Assembly: GCA_965277285.1 (NCBI GenBank)
Contig: OZ255721.1
Span: 3,264,001 to 3,328,000 of the forward strand
DNA length: 64,000 nt
Direction of reading: 5' to 3'
From: Abditibacteriaceae bacterium
GTDB taxonomy: Bacteria > Armatimonadota > Abditibacteriia > Abditibacteriales > Abditibacteriaceae
Of this stretch, positions 9,118 through 19,344 are shown one piece after another. Position numbers and translations under genes: made by a program. The notes under the pieces were generated by a model. That model worked only from the letters and a program-made list of their open reading frames with translations. It had not been told where the DNA came from and searched no databases. The number at the start of each line of letters is the position of its first letter. Position 1 is the stretch's first letter.

Positions 9118-10602
9118 TCAAACTTGTGTCGTGTCAGTCGCCGCCAGATTGGGATTGAGCGAAGCCGCGTCTGCACTGTCTGCCGCCGGAGTGTCGTGTT
9201 TGGGATGCGGCTCTTCGTGAATCCACAGCAATGTTCCCAGCAAGCATAAGGCGAACACCAACGCTGAAACCCAAAACCAGACGCTGATGGGAACCGTATC
9301 GCGCAGCTTGGCAACGACGACAACCGGCGTATTCGGCGGAATAACCTGGTGATGATGGCGGTGGAAAGCCGCACCAACGGCCATGCGAACGTGCTTTAAC
9401 TGCGTCATCAGAAGCCCGCCGGACGCGACCATCAAAAATGCGAACACCACGCCGACGCCTTGCGCCGTTTGCATCAACGATAAGGCTTGCGCCTGCTTGG
9501 TGTCATCCACCTGCAACGAAGTCAAGCCCAACCAGGCCGGAGTTCCCAAAATGTACGAAGCAGCCAGCAACAACATGCCCACACCGAACAACGCCAAAGG
9601 AAACGACAGAAATCCATGCGTCGGCTGAAAACGCCCGCTCAAAGCCGCGATGACCATGCCGGCTGTCGCCATTGCATAGGAAATCCAGACGGCTTTGGCG
9701 CGCCCGATTTGATCGCCGACGCGTCCCAAAGGCAGCGCGATCAGCACCACCATCAAAGCCGGAATAATGATGACCGTGGAAAGGTCTTTCTGCTTGATGT
9801 GAAACTGCGTATCTAAAAAACTGGGCATCGTCGGCCCCAGAATGCCCATGCCGATCTGTGACACCGCATACAATCCCATCATGCGCATCAGCATCGGGTG
9901 CGAGCGCAAAAACCCGACGGAAACCGTTTCACCTGCGGCGTTGGTTTCGGTCAATTGAGTACTCGATGTCGCCACATTCGCTCCGGCAGGCTTCTTATCT
10001 AAGGTCAGAAACGCCAGCACGAAACCAATCGCCATCAAGACGCCGCACAAAGGGAACACGACGCGATTGCCCATTCGATGACCCAGCGCCAATCCAAACA
10101 ACGGCCCAACTGCTAACCCCAAACAATACGCTGCGTTCAAAACGCTCATCGCGGCGGATTTTGCTTCGCGTGGAACCGAACGCGCCATCAATGCGCTCAT
10201 CGCTGGCCACAACGACGCGGCGGCGAAACCATCAATAGCGCGCAACGGAATGAAATGCCACCATTCGCGCGCTGCCAAATACATCAAAAACGGCGTGACA
10301 GACGAAATCGCCAGCGCGCACAAAACCAAGGGACGCGCGCCGATGCGGTCGGCCAGGCGCCCCATCGGATATTTGAAGATCGTCTCCATGCCGACGAAGG
10401 CGAGCAATGCCGTCGCCAATCGAGACGCGATGACTTGCTGCGGCTGATCGCGCAGCAAATCTTCTTTGAGGTAGAACTCCATCACCGCGATGAGTGTCGC
10501 CCACGCGATTTCGGCGCACACACAAATCGCGGCCAGGCGCGCCAAAATCGGATATTCGACGAACACGCCCAACGGTCCGCCGCGAGCTAAGAGTTTTTTC
10601 AT
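9118..10602 (-). CDS. MFS transporter
   Basis: Motif A GRLADRIGAR repeated as GRVGDQIGR; about 12 hydrophobic segments. Confidence 0.88.
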   Translation of the reverse strand: MKKLLARGGPLGVFVEYPILARLAAICVCAEIAWATLIAVMEFYLKEDLLRDQPQQVIASRLATALLAFVGMETIFKYPMGRLADRIGARPLVLCALAISSVTPFLMYLAAREWWHFIPLRAIDGFAAASLWPAMSALMARSVPREAKSAAMSVLNAAYCLGLAVGPLFGLALGHRMGNRVVFPLCGVLMAIGFVLAFLTLDKKPAGANVATSSTQLTETNAAGETVSVGFLRSHPMLMRMMGLYAVSQIGMGILGPTMPSFLDTQFHIKQKDLSTVIIIPALMVVLIALPLGRVGDQIGRAKAVWISYAMATAGMVIAALSGRFQPTHGFLSFPLALFGVGMLLLAASYILGTPAWLGLTSLQVDDTKQAQALSLMQTAQGVGVVFAFLMVASGGLLMTQLKHVRMAVGAAFHRHHHQVIPPNTPVVVVAKLRDTVPISVWFWVSALVFALCLLGTLLWIHEEPHPKHDTPAADSADAASLNPNLAATDTTQV

Positions 10603-10678
10603 TGCGGAAAGTATGACAGGAAGCAGCAGCCGTTATCAGGAGGCAGCGGTGGTCGACAGGAAGCAGTTCGAGTACTCG

Positions 10679-10711
10679 AAACTCGCACTTTTGTCGAGAA
10701 AGTGCGAGTTT
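10679..10711 (-). terminator. Hairpin downstream of tsf
   Basis: AAACTCGCACTTT-loop-AAAGTGCGAGTTT, abutting palindrome copy 10668. Confidence 0.6.
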
Positions 10712-10748
10712 GGCGTGTCTTGTCCTGCCGACTGCCGCTGCCTTCTGT

Positions 10749-11621
10749 TTACTGGCTTTCCCCGACTTTGAAGCGCACGAAGCGCGCGACTTTGACGCCG
10801 TCGCCCAACGTGGCTTTGACATATTGCGTGACGCTTTGCTTGCCGGTCGAATCTTTGACGAAGGCTTGTCCCAGCAGCGTGTTTTCGCTGTAGAACTTGT
10901 TCAGGCGACCTTCAGCGATTTTGGCGAGCATCGCTTCGGGCTTGCCTTCTTCCGCCGCCTGCTTGCGAAAAATTTCTGTTTCTTTTTCGACAACATCCGC
11001 GGGAACGTCGTCGCGCGAAAGATACGGAGCTTTCAGTGCGACCGCTTGCATCGCAACGTCGCGCGCCACGTTTTCCAATGCTTCGCGGTTCTCGATGTTA
11101 TCGGCCTGCAATTCGACAATCGCCGCCTGCTTGCCGTCGGAGTGGACATACGAACCCAGAACGCCCGTTGTTTCCAGACTCGCCAGGCGCGTCACGACGA
11201 TGTTCTCGCCGACGATACCAATCGATTCCTTGACGTGTTCCTCGACTGTCCTGCCGTCGTAAGACGTCAAAGCCTGCTGCATAAACGTTTGCACGTCGCT
11301 CATGCCGCCGTCGGCTGCTTGCGTCGCCAGATTTCTGACCAGGTTCTGGAAGTTGTCGTTGCGCGCCACGAAGTCGGTTTCGCAGTTGATTTCGATCAGT
11401 GCGCCACGCTTGGCGTCGTCCGAAATTGCCACGCCAACTTGACCGTCAGCCGTCTCGCGGTCACCTTTGTTATCGGCGCGAACGTTCAGTTTTTCGCGCA
11501 ACCAGGCTTTGGCTTTTTCAAAATCGCCGTTGCTTTCGGCCAGAGCGCGCTTGCAATCCATGATTCCTGCGTTCGTCATTTCACGCAACTTTTTTACGGT
11601 TGCGGCATCTACTGTCGCCAT
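10749..11621 (-). CDS. tsf: Translation elongation factor Ts
   Basis: VKKLREMTNAGIMDCKRAL, EINCETDFVA, ARFVRFKVGE. Confidence 0.98.
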   Translation of the reverse strand: MATVDAATVKKLREMTNAGIMDCKRALAESNGDFEKAKAWLREKLNVRADNKGDRETADGQVGVAISDDAKRGALIEINCETDFVARNDNFQNLVRNLATQAADGGMSDVQTFMQQALTSYDGRTVEEHVKESIGIVGENIVVTRLASLETTGVLGSYVHSDGKQAAIVELQADNIENREALENVARDVAMQAVALKAPYLSRDDVPADVVEKETEIFRKQAAEEGKPEAMLAKIAEGRLNKFYSENTLLGQAFVKDSTGKQSVTQYVKATLGDGVKVARFVRFKVGESQ

Positions 11622-11671
11622 TTCGAGTACTCCTTTGTTGTTCTTATTGGTAAAACGTCTCAGTCGCGCAA

Positions 11672-11699
11672 GTAGGGGCGAGGCATGCCTCGCCCCTAC
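11672..11699. repeat. GTAG-type REP element, family B (GTAGGGGCGAGGCATGCCTCGCCCCTAC)
   Basis: 5' GTAG plus palindromic stem; related copies at 18185-18213, 28931-28954, 29014-29037 and 38916-38943. Confidence 0.8.
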
Positions 11700-11723
11700 G
11701 ATTTACGCAGTTATAATTTGTCG

Positions 11724-11999
11724 TCAGTGCAAAATGCCCTCAGATGGCGTTTGCGCGCTGCCTTCGCCTGCATCATCAATGTCGGTCGTGGTGCCTTCGC
11801 TGCCGCCATCTTCCGAAATGATTTGCGGCTTGTCGCTGCCAACCGCCCAACCATCGGCTTCGACTTCTTCCACCGAAACACGATTCGGGTCAGTGTTGCC
11901 AGCCATCGTATCGCCGCTGTGTTGCGTCGCCGAATCGGGATCGTTGGTGTCGCCCGCTTTGGAATCGTCCGCTTCCACGCTTTCGTTTGGGATGTTCAT
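11724..11999 (-). CDS. Small acidic, probably disordered hypothetical protein
   Basis: 91-aa D/E/G/S-rich ORF with AGGA SD, co-oriented between rpsB and tsf. Confidence 0.6.
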   Translation of the reverse strand: MNIPNESVEADDSKAGDTNDPDSATQHSGDTMAGNTDPNRVSVEEVEADGWAVGSDKPQIISEDGGSEGTTTDIDDAGEGSAQTPSEGILH

Positions 12000-12056
12000 G
12001 GCATTTTCCTATCCTTTTCTTCTCAAGATTCTTCTCAAGAGTTTTTTTAAGACCCG

Positions 12057-12130
12057 CAGTTTGTCATTCTGAGTGCAGCGAAGAATCTCACTTTATATAG
12101 ATTCTTCGCTGCACTCAGAATGACAAACTG
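12057..12130. repeat. REP-like hairpin, family A
   Basis: Perfect arms of about 32 bp downstream of rpsB. Confidence 0.85.
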
Positions 12131-12164
12131 TGAAGTTCGGACGGTTGCAATCTTCAGATTTAAC

Positions 12165-13241
12165 TCAAGCGTTCGCGCCGCCCACTGACAAAGCCGGATC
12201 GTGGCTTTGTTCGCCCAGCGCGTCCGATGTCGACGGATTACCGTCGCCGCTCAAGCTGCTCGGGTTTTCGCCATCATTGCCTGCGCCGCCAGCTTCGGTG
12301 CGCGCGAACGATTGCGTGCCATTAACCACAGCGCCGTTGTTATCACCTGTAGCACCATTGGTGTTTTCGCCAGCGTTGTCGGCACTGTCGGCGAAAGCGG
12401 CGTTCAAATCGGTATCGCCGTCTTCGGCGTTGTGCTCGACCGGCGGCAATTCGATTTGCGGCGCGCCTTCAAATTCCAACTGACCGCCGCCAAAGTGCGC
12501 GGCTCCGCCAACAGCGCCTTGCATCGCGGCATCGGCACGCTGTTCCATCGCGCTTTGCGCCATGCCTTTGCCTTCGTTGATCGCTTCGGCCATCTGCGAC
12601 GCCATCAGTTTCACGGCGCGAATCGCGTCGTCGTTGCCCGGAATTACATAATTGATTTCATCGGGATCGCAGTTCGTATCGACAACCGCAACCAGAGGAA
12701 TCTTCAAGCGATGCGCTTCACGAATGGCGATGTGCTCTTTTTTGCAATCGACGATGAAGATGCACGTCGGCAAACTGTTCATGGTGCGAATGCCGCCCAA
12801 AGTCTGGTCGAGCTTTTGGCGTTCTTCGGTCAAGCGCGCGCTTTCTTTCTTGGGCAGCTTTTCCATCGTGCCGTCTTCGATCATCTTGTCCAAACGGTTC
12901 AATCGGTCGATGCGCGTTTGAATCGTCGGCCAGTTAGTCAACATTCCGCCCAACCAGCGATGATTGACGTAGTACTGTCCGCAGCTTTCCGCCGCTTCCT
13001 TGATGCTGTCCTGCGCCTGCTTTTTGGTGCCGACGAACAGGAAAGTCGTGCCGTTGAAGGCCATTTGACGGACTTGTTCGTAAGCGTCTTCGAGCTTTTT
13101 GCGGGTTTTGTGGAGGTCGATGATGTAAATATCGTTGCGCTCGCCGTAGATGTAGGTCTTCATCTTCGGGTTCCACTTGCGCGTGTGATGTCCGAAATGG
13201 ACACCGGCTTCCAACAACTCTTTCATTGAACTAACGGGCAT
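12165..13241 (-). CDS. rpsB: 30S ribosomal protein S2 with long acidic C-terminal tail
   Basis: [44 protein letters not shown] before ATG 13241. Confidence 0.97.
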   Translation of the reverse strand: MPVSSMKELLEAGVHFGHHTRKWNPKMKTYIYGERNDIYIIDLHKTRKKLEDAYEQVRQMAFNGTTFLFVGTKKQAQDSIKEAAESCGQYYVNHRWLGGMLTNWPTIQTRIDRLNRLDKMIEDGTMEKLPKKESARLTEERQKLDQTLGGIRTMNSLPTCIFIVDCKKEHIAIREAHRLKIPLVAVVDTNCDPDEINYVIPGNDDAIRAVKLMASQMAEAINEGKGMAQSAMEQRADAAMQGAVGGAAHFGGGQLEFEGAPQIELPPVEHNAEDGDTDLNAAFADSADNAGENTNGATGDNNGAVVNGTQSFARTEAGGAGNDGENPSSLSGDGNPSTSDALGEQSHDPALSVGGANA

Positions 13242-13415
13242 TGTGCGTCTCCTTTGGGTTAATCCTCCCCCGAACGTTGCGAACATCAAAGCCTCTTTCG
13301 AGTACTCGATATTCGACCCAACACGAATCGAGGTGTGAATTTTTGAGCCAAAGAAGTATAGCGGAGCGGGGAAAGTGGCGCAAATTAGTTGAAGTTGTAT
13401 GCGATAATACAATTT

Positions 13416-13883
13416 ATGAATGAAGAGGAATTCAAAACCAAATTATTAATAGCTTCTATAAAAGCAGTGAGTTTTGCCCAGAAATTTGTTGTAGACCCTA
13501 TGCCAGCGTATTTTCGCTACATCGTCTTTGTTTTCGAGTGTCCAAATGTTGAGTATGTTGAAGGCAAGTTTGACAAATGGACTGTTCCGCTTAATGCCGA
13601 GCAAATTGCCACCTGTTTTTTAAGAACAGGACGTTTACCTCGTAGGATCGAAATAGGTGCACATTCTATTGAAAGTGGGTTGACTGTGCTTCGGCTTATT
13701 TCAGGGAACAATGATTTTGTAAAGACAGAAGATGAACTATTCAATCCAAACGACGGCCCTTTCAAGATTATTGGGCCAATTGCAGGCTGGAAGTATCCGG
13801 GTGTTAACGAAAGCAACCGACTACACCCGTCACCTGAAGGACGTGCAGCTCATGTACATCCTTTCATAGATTATTTTGACTGA
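13416..13883 (+). CDS. Hypothetical protein (AT-rich)
   Basis: 155-aa ORF filling the gap; no recognisable motif. Confidence 0.6.
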   Translation: MNEEEFKTKLLIASIKAVSFAQKFVVDPMPAYFRYIVFVFECPNVEYVEGKFDKWTVPLNAEQIATCFLRTGRLPRRIEIGAHSIESGLTVLRLISGNNDFVKTEDELFNPNDGPFKIIGPIAGWKYPGVNESNRLHPSPEGRAAHVHPFIDYFD

Positions 13884-13923
13884 TTGAAAGCAAATCGAGT
13901 ACTCGATTCACTGAGAACGAAAT

Positions 13924-14325
13924 ATGAAACGAATCTACCCCAAAGGCCGTGACAACGTGCACTTTATCTACAAAGAAAAATGGGCGTGTTTTCGTTGTCG
14001 CAAGTGTTTTAAGCAACGAAGCTCAATGGAAGTCATGGGCAGAAAACGCTTGGAGCAAGGCGAAAAACGCGTCGTTTTATGTCCGCAATGTCGCAAGCCG
14101 ATGACAAATATGGGCTGGGATTTTCACGTTCCGAAACAAATGGATGTCGAACAATGGAAGAAAGTCGAATTGTTGGCAGAAAACGATTTTACATTCCATT
14201 CTCGTTGTCGCGGCCAATCGCACACATGTCCGGGATTTCGTCCCAGACGACTTCGTGATGTGAAACCATTTCTTGAAAAGCAGAAGAAATTAGAAGCCGA
14301 TAAAGCAAATCGAGTACTCGATTGA
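13924..14325 (+). CDS. Hypothetical Cys-rich (zinc-ribbon-like) protein flanked by a 22-bp direct repeat
   Basis: CFRCRKCF and CPQC..PM..MG.DF..PK..D..QW pattern. Confidence 0.7.
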   Translation: MKRIYPKGRDNVHFIYKEKWACFRCRKCFKQRSSMEVMGRKRLEQGEKRVVLCPQCRKPMTNMGWDFHVPKQMDVEQWKKVELLAENDFTFHSRCRGQSHTCPGFRPRRLRDVKPFLEKQKKLEADKANRVLD

Positions 14326-14350
14326 CGAAATTCGCTTGGCCTGCTAAAAT
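14322..14350 (+). promoter_or_regulatory. Sigma70-type promoter of rplU-rpmA
   Basis: TTGACG-N17-TAAAAT with extended -10 TG; the -35 box begins immediately after palindrome copy 14310. Confidence 0.6.
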
Positions 14351-14380
14351 GTTCGCGGTGTTTAAGAGAGGACAAAAACG

Positions 14381-14761
14381 ATGTTTGCATCTATTCGCGT
14401 GAGCGGAAAACAGTATCAAGTGGAAGAAGGCAGCGAGCTTTTGGTCGACCGTTTGGCGGTTGAAGAAGGCGCGGCTTTGGAAAATGTCGAAGTGTTGCTT
14501 TTGGGCGACGGCGATTCGATTCAAATCGGCACGCCGCTGGTTTCGGGCGCCACGATTGGCGCGACCGTGGTTCGTCATTCCAAGGGCCGCAAGATTCGCG
14601 TCTTCAAGTACAAAGCGAAAAAGAATTATCGTCGTCGCATCGGTGCGCGTCCGCATCAAACGCTAATTCGCATCAATTCGATTACGGCGCAGCGTCAAGG
14701 CGCATCGACGCCACGTCAAGAGGTCACTGCAAGTTCGAGTGCTGGACTTCAGGCGGCTTAA
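14381..14761 (+). CDS. rplU: 50S ribosomal protein L21
   Basis: [28 protein letters not shown]; upstream of rpmA. Confidence 0.96.
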   Translation: MFASIRVSGKQYQVEEGSELLVDRLAVEEGAALENVEVLLLGDGDSIQIGTPLVSGATIGATVVRHSKGRKIRVFKYKAKKNYRRRIGARPHQTLIRINSITAQRQGASTPRQEVTASSSAGLQAA

Positions 14762-14796
14762 GACGTAAGTCAGTTTGAGACAGAAGGAGCATTTCA

Positions 14797-15096
14797 ATGG
14801 CACATAAGAAAGGTATGGGTTCGTCGCGTAACGGGCGCGATTCCAACTCGCAACGCTTGGGCGTCAAAGCCTTTGGCGGACAGAAAGTGACAGCCGGCAG
14901 CATCATCGTGCGCCAGCGCGGAACGTTGTATCATCCCGGGCACAACGTCGGTCTGGGTGTCGATCATACGATCTTCGCCAAAGTCGATGGCATCGTCACC
15001 TTCGAGCCGTCGCGTCGCGCCAAAAGCAGCGGCAAGCAGATCTCGGTGTATCCCGTTGTCGCCGCTGCTGAAACCGTCGTGGAACCAGTTGCATAA
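14797..15096 (+). CDS. rpmA: 50S ribosomal protein L27
   Basis: [24 protein letters not shown]. Confidence 0.98.
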   Translation: MAHKKGMGSSRNGRDSNSQRLGVKAFGGQKVTAGSIIVRQRGTLYHPGHNVGLGVDHTIFAKVDGIVTFEPSRRAKSSGKQISVYPVVAAAETVVEPVA

Positions 15097-15114
15097 ACTG
15101 CCGTAGCGACAACG

Positions 15115-15161
15115 AAAGCCGCGCATCGAACTCTTTTCGAGTACTCGATGCGCGGCTTTTT
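15115..15161. terminator. Terminator between convergent genes whose stem incorporates the 12-bp palindrome
   Basis: AAAGCCGCGCATCGA...TCGATGCGCGGCTTTTT. Confidence 0.75.
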
Positions 15162-15176
15162 GTCGTCTTGGTTCGC

Positions 15177-16130
15177 TCATTTGTCGGTCAAAGCGAGTTG
15201 GTCGATGTGCGACAAGTGTTTGGCGCGCGCCCATTGGTCTTCGTTCATGCGGCGCACGCTGCCGTCCAGCATCAGAACGCCGCGCGAACCGTCGCTGGCT
15301 TCGTCATCTTCGTAGAAAACCACCATAAAAATGGCGCGCGAGCCGTATTTCGTTTTCACGCGCAAATGCGCTAGTTTTTCTTCGGACAGAAAAGCATTCG
15401 GCACATACAAGCGATTGGTGCCAGGCTGAACAAAAATGGCGGGATTTTCGGCGTAGGGCAGCAAATCGTTGCGCGCCTCTTCCGGCGTCTTCATGCGTGG
15501 CATCGTCGAGTACTCGAAATCGGTTTTGTAACTTGCCAGAGCCTCGTTGATTTTGCGCAAATACTTCAGCGACATCACGTTGAAATATGAAACGCTTTCT
15601 TTGCTGTCGTTGAACTCCGGCGACACGGAAGTTTCATCGAATGGCTCGATGTCCTTCAACCTCGCATATTTCTTCACTTCAGCCGAATGCAAAAGCGACA
15701 AGGACAACACCGTTTCAGGATGCAATTGGCCCTTACTGGCCGCCATCTGCTCGGCGCGATATTGCCACGACGACAGTTTGGAAACATCAAGCGGCGCGCG
15801 TTCGTAAGCCACCCAGTAATTCTCGCCGTCAATCGTCACGATCTGGCCTCTGGTGTAAAAAACCGTGTTTTCGTTATCGGTTTCCAGACTACTGTTAAAG
15901 TGGAACTCCTGCCACGAAGCGTTCATGTCGCCCGCCTTCACCGTCAACGGAATTGTTCCATCACCGATAAACGTCGCGCGATTTCCCGCGCTGCTCAAAT
16001 CGCCTACCGCGCGAACCGAAACCTTCGCTGCTCCAGCCTTTGTTCCCTGCGCCTCAACTGGCGCCACCGAAAAACCGAAGAACCATGTGCACGCCACAAC
16101 TCCCAAACCTTTGCTGATTCTCATCATCAT
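15177..16130 (-). CDS. Secreted hypothetical protein with C-terminal LDGSV (H-X9-DG-like) motif
   Basis: Signal peptide after GGGGAG SD; RGVLMLDGSVR near the C-terminus; start uncertain (16124-16130). Confidence 0.65.
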   Translation of the reverse strand: MMMRISKGLGVVACTWFFGFSVAPVEAQGTKAGAAKVSVRAVGDLSSAGNRATFIGDGTIPLTVKAGDMNASWQEFHFNSSLETDNENTVFYTRGQIVTIDGENYWVAYERAPLDVSKLSSWQYRAEQMAASKGQLHPETVLSLSLLHSAEVKKYARLKDIEPFDETSVSPEFNDSKESVSYFNVMSLKYLRKINEALASYKTDFEYSTMPRMKTPEEARNDLLPYAENPAIFVQPGTNRLYVPNAFLSEEKLAHLRVKTKYGSRAIFMVVFYEDDEASDGSRGVLMLDGSVRRMNEDQWARAKHLSHIDQLALTDK

Positions 16131-16187
16131 CTCCCCTGAAACAAGATAATTGATATTATTACATTGTCTAATGAAAGAGTGCAAGGA

Positions 16188-16655
16188 TCAGCGATCGAGA
16201 AGTTTTTGCAATTTCGCGCGCAATTCTTTGATCAACGGAGCGTCGCGTTGCGCATCCAGTTTGAAAGGTTCGGCGGCGTTGCCTTGCGGCATGGAAAGCC
16301 AAACGGGTTGGAGAACGTTTTCTTCGTGGGCGTAACGCGGAAAAATATGAAAATGCAGGTGATGAACCTGGTTGCCCAGCATTTCATAGTTGAGTTTGTG
16401 GCACTTTGTCACGCGCGCAACCGCTTCAGCCAAAAGCGACATTTCTTCGAGGTACTTGAGCTTGGTCGCTGGCGGCAGTTCGTGCAGTTCGGTTGCAGGC
16501 GTTTTGCATAAGAGCAAAGAGTAGCCGCGAAAGAATTGCGAATCGCCCAATACGGCGAAACTGGTTTCGATTTCGCAGATTAAGCCCGGATGTTCACCGT
16601 GTCGGGCGCGTTCGATTTGCGCGCAGATGGCGCACGGGTTTTGGTGTTCGGCCAT
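16188..16655 (-). CDS. HIT family protein
   Basis: CAIC, GYSLL, GNQVHHLHFHIFPRY histidine triad. Confidence 0.9.
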   Translation of the reverse strand: MAEHQNPCAICAQIERARHGEHPGLICEIETSFAVLGDSQFFRGYSLLLCKTPATELHELPPATKLKYLEEMSLLAEAVARVTKCHKLNYEMLGNQVHHLHFHIFPRYAHEENVLQPVWLSMPQGNAAEPFKLDAQRDAPLIKELRAKLQKLLDR

Positions 16656-16762
16656 TGCAGAAGTCCTTTTGTGGTGAGTTAAACGTTGCGTGTCTTGTGG
16701 CGTCTGCTTTGCTTCGTTCGATGGCTCAATCGAGTACTCGAAACTTCTCAAAAGCTGTTTTA

Positions 16763-16882
16763 GGAATAGAACACGGCCTTTGGACACGGATTGAACGGAT
16801 GAACACGGATCAAACAGAATTCTGATTAAATCCGTGTTTATCCGTTCAATCCGTGTCGGCACAGCCGCCGTGTCCCCATTCC
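16763..16882. repeat. Hairpin repeat, family D (ACACGGAT(T/C)GAACGGAT(G/A)AACACGGAT...ATCCGTG)
   Basis: Inverted arms; related copies at 56492-56596 and 61445-61565. Confidence 0.8.
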
Positions 16883-16904
16883 AAATAATCTTAAAGGATT
16901 TGCC

Positions 16905-18182
16905 ATGAAAACTTACCATACTATTTTACTCGGTAGCGCTCTCAGTTTTACGACCTTGCTGTCCGTGCACGCCGCGCCAAAACCGTCCGCGCCGCCGCAA
17001 GTTCAAGCAAAGAAAGTTGCGGCGAAAAAAGCGGTTGCGTCGAAGAAAGTCGTTGCTGCTGCGGCGCCCAAAGCGAATGGCGTTCGTTTTGGCTCGGTGC
17101 AAATCGCTGGAGTTTCGGTCAAGGGCTTGACGCCCGAAGAAGCCAAGCGTCGTCTGGCGCGCGTCTTGAAACCGAAATTGCAAACGCGCCTTAAATTGAC
17201 GGACGGCAAGCACGCGGCGTATCGCACACGCGGTCAAATCGGCATCGCGCTCGACTTGGAAACGATGTTGCAAGTGGCGGAAATGGGGCGCGGCAGTGTT
17301 CCTTTGAAGTTTCGCGCCACGCCGATTGTGGTGCAGAAAGCGTTGCGTCCGCTATCGAAAACCTTCGATTTCGCAGGGCGCGATGCTAAAATTGTCGAAG
17401 TCGGAAGCCGCATCAAAATCGTGCCTGACCAGGCGGCGCGCCATCTCGATGTCGGAACGTCGGCGGTTCGCATTGCGCAACAAATCAAGAAGAATCCGGG
17501 CGTTCGAGTACTCGAATTGGTCAGCAAAACTACGCCGCGTAAGATAACAGCCGCGCATTTCAAAGGCATTGATGCGCGCATTGGCAGTTTTACGACGAAC
17601 TACAACGCTGCTAAAGTCAAGCGCACTTTGAATATGCGCATCGCCATTAAAGCGATTGACGGCACGATTTTGAAGCCGAACGAAACCTTTTCGCTCAACA
17701 AAGCCGTCGGCGAACGAACGCAGGCGCGCGGTTATCGCACTTCGATTATTTTTCAGAACGGTTACAAAGTTCCTGGCGTTGGCGCGGGCGTTTCACAAGT
17801 CACGGGAACGTTGTTTAACGCCGCGTTGTTGGCTGGTTTGCCGATTGAAGAAGTCAAATTCCACTCGCGTCCCGTTGCTTATTTGCCAATTGGCCGCGAT
17901 GCCACAGTCGCGTGGGGCGGCTTCGATATGAAGTTCAAGAACAACACGTCGGCGCCGATTTACATCAAATACAGCATCAGCAATAGTTCGGTGAGTGTCG
18001 CGCTATTTGGCAAGAAAACGCCCGGACAAACCGTTTCTCTGATCGTTCACAAACAACAAAAAGGCCCGCGACTGATTACGGCGCAACTGTATCGCACGAT
18101 TCGGCGCAACGGCAAAGTCGTCAACAAGCAACTGATCCGCAATCACACCTACAAATGGAACGTCGGCGCCTGGGAAGAATGA
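16905..18182 (+). CDS. VanW family secreted protein
   Basis: Signal peptide; IDGTILKPNETFSLN..VGERT..RGY, GAGVSQVTGTLFNAAL, HSRPVAYLPIGRDATV. Confidence 0.9.
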   Translation: MKTYHTILLGSALSFTTLLSVHAAPKPSAPPQVQAKKVAAKKAVASKKVVAAAAPKANGVRFGSVQIAGVSVKGLTPEEAKRRLARVLKPKLQTRLKLTDGKHAAYRTRGQIGIALDLETMLQVAEMGRGSVPLKFRATPIVVQKALRPLSKTFDFAGRDAKIVEVGSRIKIVPDQAARHLDVGTSAVRIAQQIKKNPGVRVLELVSKTTPRKITAAHFKGIDARIGSFTTNYNAAKVKRTLNMRIAIKAIDGTILKPNETFSLNKAVGERTQARGYRTSIIFQNGYKVPGVGAGVSQVTGTLFNAALLAGLPIEEVKFHSRPVAYLPIGRDATVAWGGFDMKFKNNTSAPIYIKYSISNSSVSVALFGKKTPGQTVSLIVHKQQKGPRLITAQLYRTIRRNGKVVNKQLIRNHTYKWNVGAWEE

Positions 18183-18255
18183 TTGTAGGGGCGCAATATA
18201 TTGCGCCCTTTACCCACGTTTCTCAACAATCGAGTACTCGAAAAGGAGTTTTGTG

Positions 18256-18456
18256 ATGAACACGAACCAGCAAAAAAACGACGCCACGCCCGACGATGAT
18301 GTAACTTTTCGACACGACGAAAGTGAAGGACAACGCACGTCTTCGCGCGACGAAGACGTGGACGCGCCGCAATCGCGCCCTGAAAAAGGCATCCTTGGAC
18401 AAACCACGCCCGATGTCGCCACCGGCAGCACGCCACTCACGCGCCACGACGATTAA
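18256..18456 (+). CDS. Small acidic hypothetical protein
   Basis: AAGGAG SD, 66-aa D/E/T-rich ORF. Confidence 0.55.
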   Translation: MNTNQQKNDATPDDDVTFRHDESEGQRTSSRDEDVDAPQSRPEKGILGQTTPDVATGSTPLTRHDD

Positions 18457-18512
18457 CAGCCAATGATGAATGCGGAATGATGAATGATGAATAAGTCGAA
18501 CTGACAACTTCG

Positions 18513-18696
18513 TCATTGGGAGAGGCTATAAGTAAAGTGAAAGAAGAGCCGCCAAACTAACAATTTGTCATTCTGAGCGCAGCGAAGAATCCCCTGACTC
18601 TATGCTGAACCTCTGGGGATTCTTCGCTGCACTCAGAATGACAAGCTTCCCCTTTTTAAGCGTTTTTGGGACTTTGTTTGCACACTCTCCCAATGA
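18513..18696. mobile_element. Putative MITE: imperfect terminal inverted repeats enclosing a family A hairpin (18564-18644)
   Basis: TCATTGGGAGAG...CTCTCCCAATGA outer IR; right end resembles 26930-26959. Confidence 0.5.
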
Positions 18697-18767
18697 TAAA
18701 TTGTTACTTTCGAGTACTCGATATTCATCATTCCGTATCCATCCTTTGCTTTCTTCTCTTGTAATTC

Positions 18768-18784
18768 GTAACGAAATGAGTTAC
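18768..18784. promoter_or_regulatory. Putative Rrf2 operator GTAAC-N7-GTTAC
   Basis: Inverted repeat upstream of the Rrf2 gene; same architecture at 19345-19361. Confidence 0.7.
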
Positions 18785-18807
18785 ATTTAAGTCGTGAGGT
18801 TGAGATT

Positions 18808-19260
18808 GTGGCTTTGAATTGTCATTTTGCGTTTGCGGTTCATGTGTTGAGCGTGTTGTCGTTGCACGCGGACGAGGCGACTTCGTCGGAAACTTTGGCG
18901 GCTTCGGTCAACACCAACGCGGTCGTCATTCGCCGCTTGCTGACAGAATTGTCCAAAGCCGGAATTATTGAGACGCAGCGCGGGCCAGGCGGCGGCTCGA
19001 AGTTGGCGCGACCTGCAAATGAGATTTCTCTGTTGCAAATTCATCGCGCGGTGGAAGGCGATGTGCATTCGTTTGGCGAACATCCGAACCAACCGGCGCA
19101 ATGTTGTCCCGTCGGGCACGAAATCGAGCGCGTCCTGGAAGACGTCCGCGCGCGTGCCAGCAAAGCCGTCGAAAACGAGTACTCGAAACTTAGCCTGGCC
19201 GATGTTGTCAAAGCCGTGAACTCACCGAAAAAAGCCAGCCTCACCGAATCACGCGCGTAA
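18808..19260 (+). CDS. Rrf2 family transcriptional regulator (HypR/YwnA-like)
   Basis: FAFAVHVL, SETLAASVNTNAVVIRRLL..L.KAG...RGPGGG..LARPA.EISL; CCPVG. Confidence 0.9.
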   Translation: MALNCHFAFAVHVLSVLSLHADEATSSETLAASVNTNAVVIRRLLTELSKAGIIETQRGPGGGSKLARPANEISLLQIHRAVEGDVHSFGEHPNQPAQCCPVGHEIERVLEDVRARASKAVENEYSKLSLADVVKAVNSPKKASLTESRA

Positions 19261-19344
19261 GAAAGCAGGCCCATTGGGAGTTTTGTCAAAGCCCGCTTGC
19301 TTATGCGCGCGGTTCTGTTGAATTGCGAAATTATCTGTTGATTT

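Noticed and set aside
13242..13412. Upstream ORF extensions in the ORF track for rpsB, the HIT gene (to 16919), glcF (to 61572) and the DUF1348 gene (to 63662)
   Set aside because: They run through intergenic repeats or neighbouring genes. Better starts with an SD or a family-typical N-terminus lie downstream.
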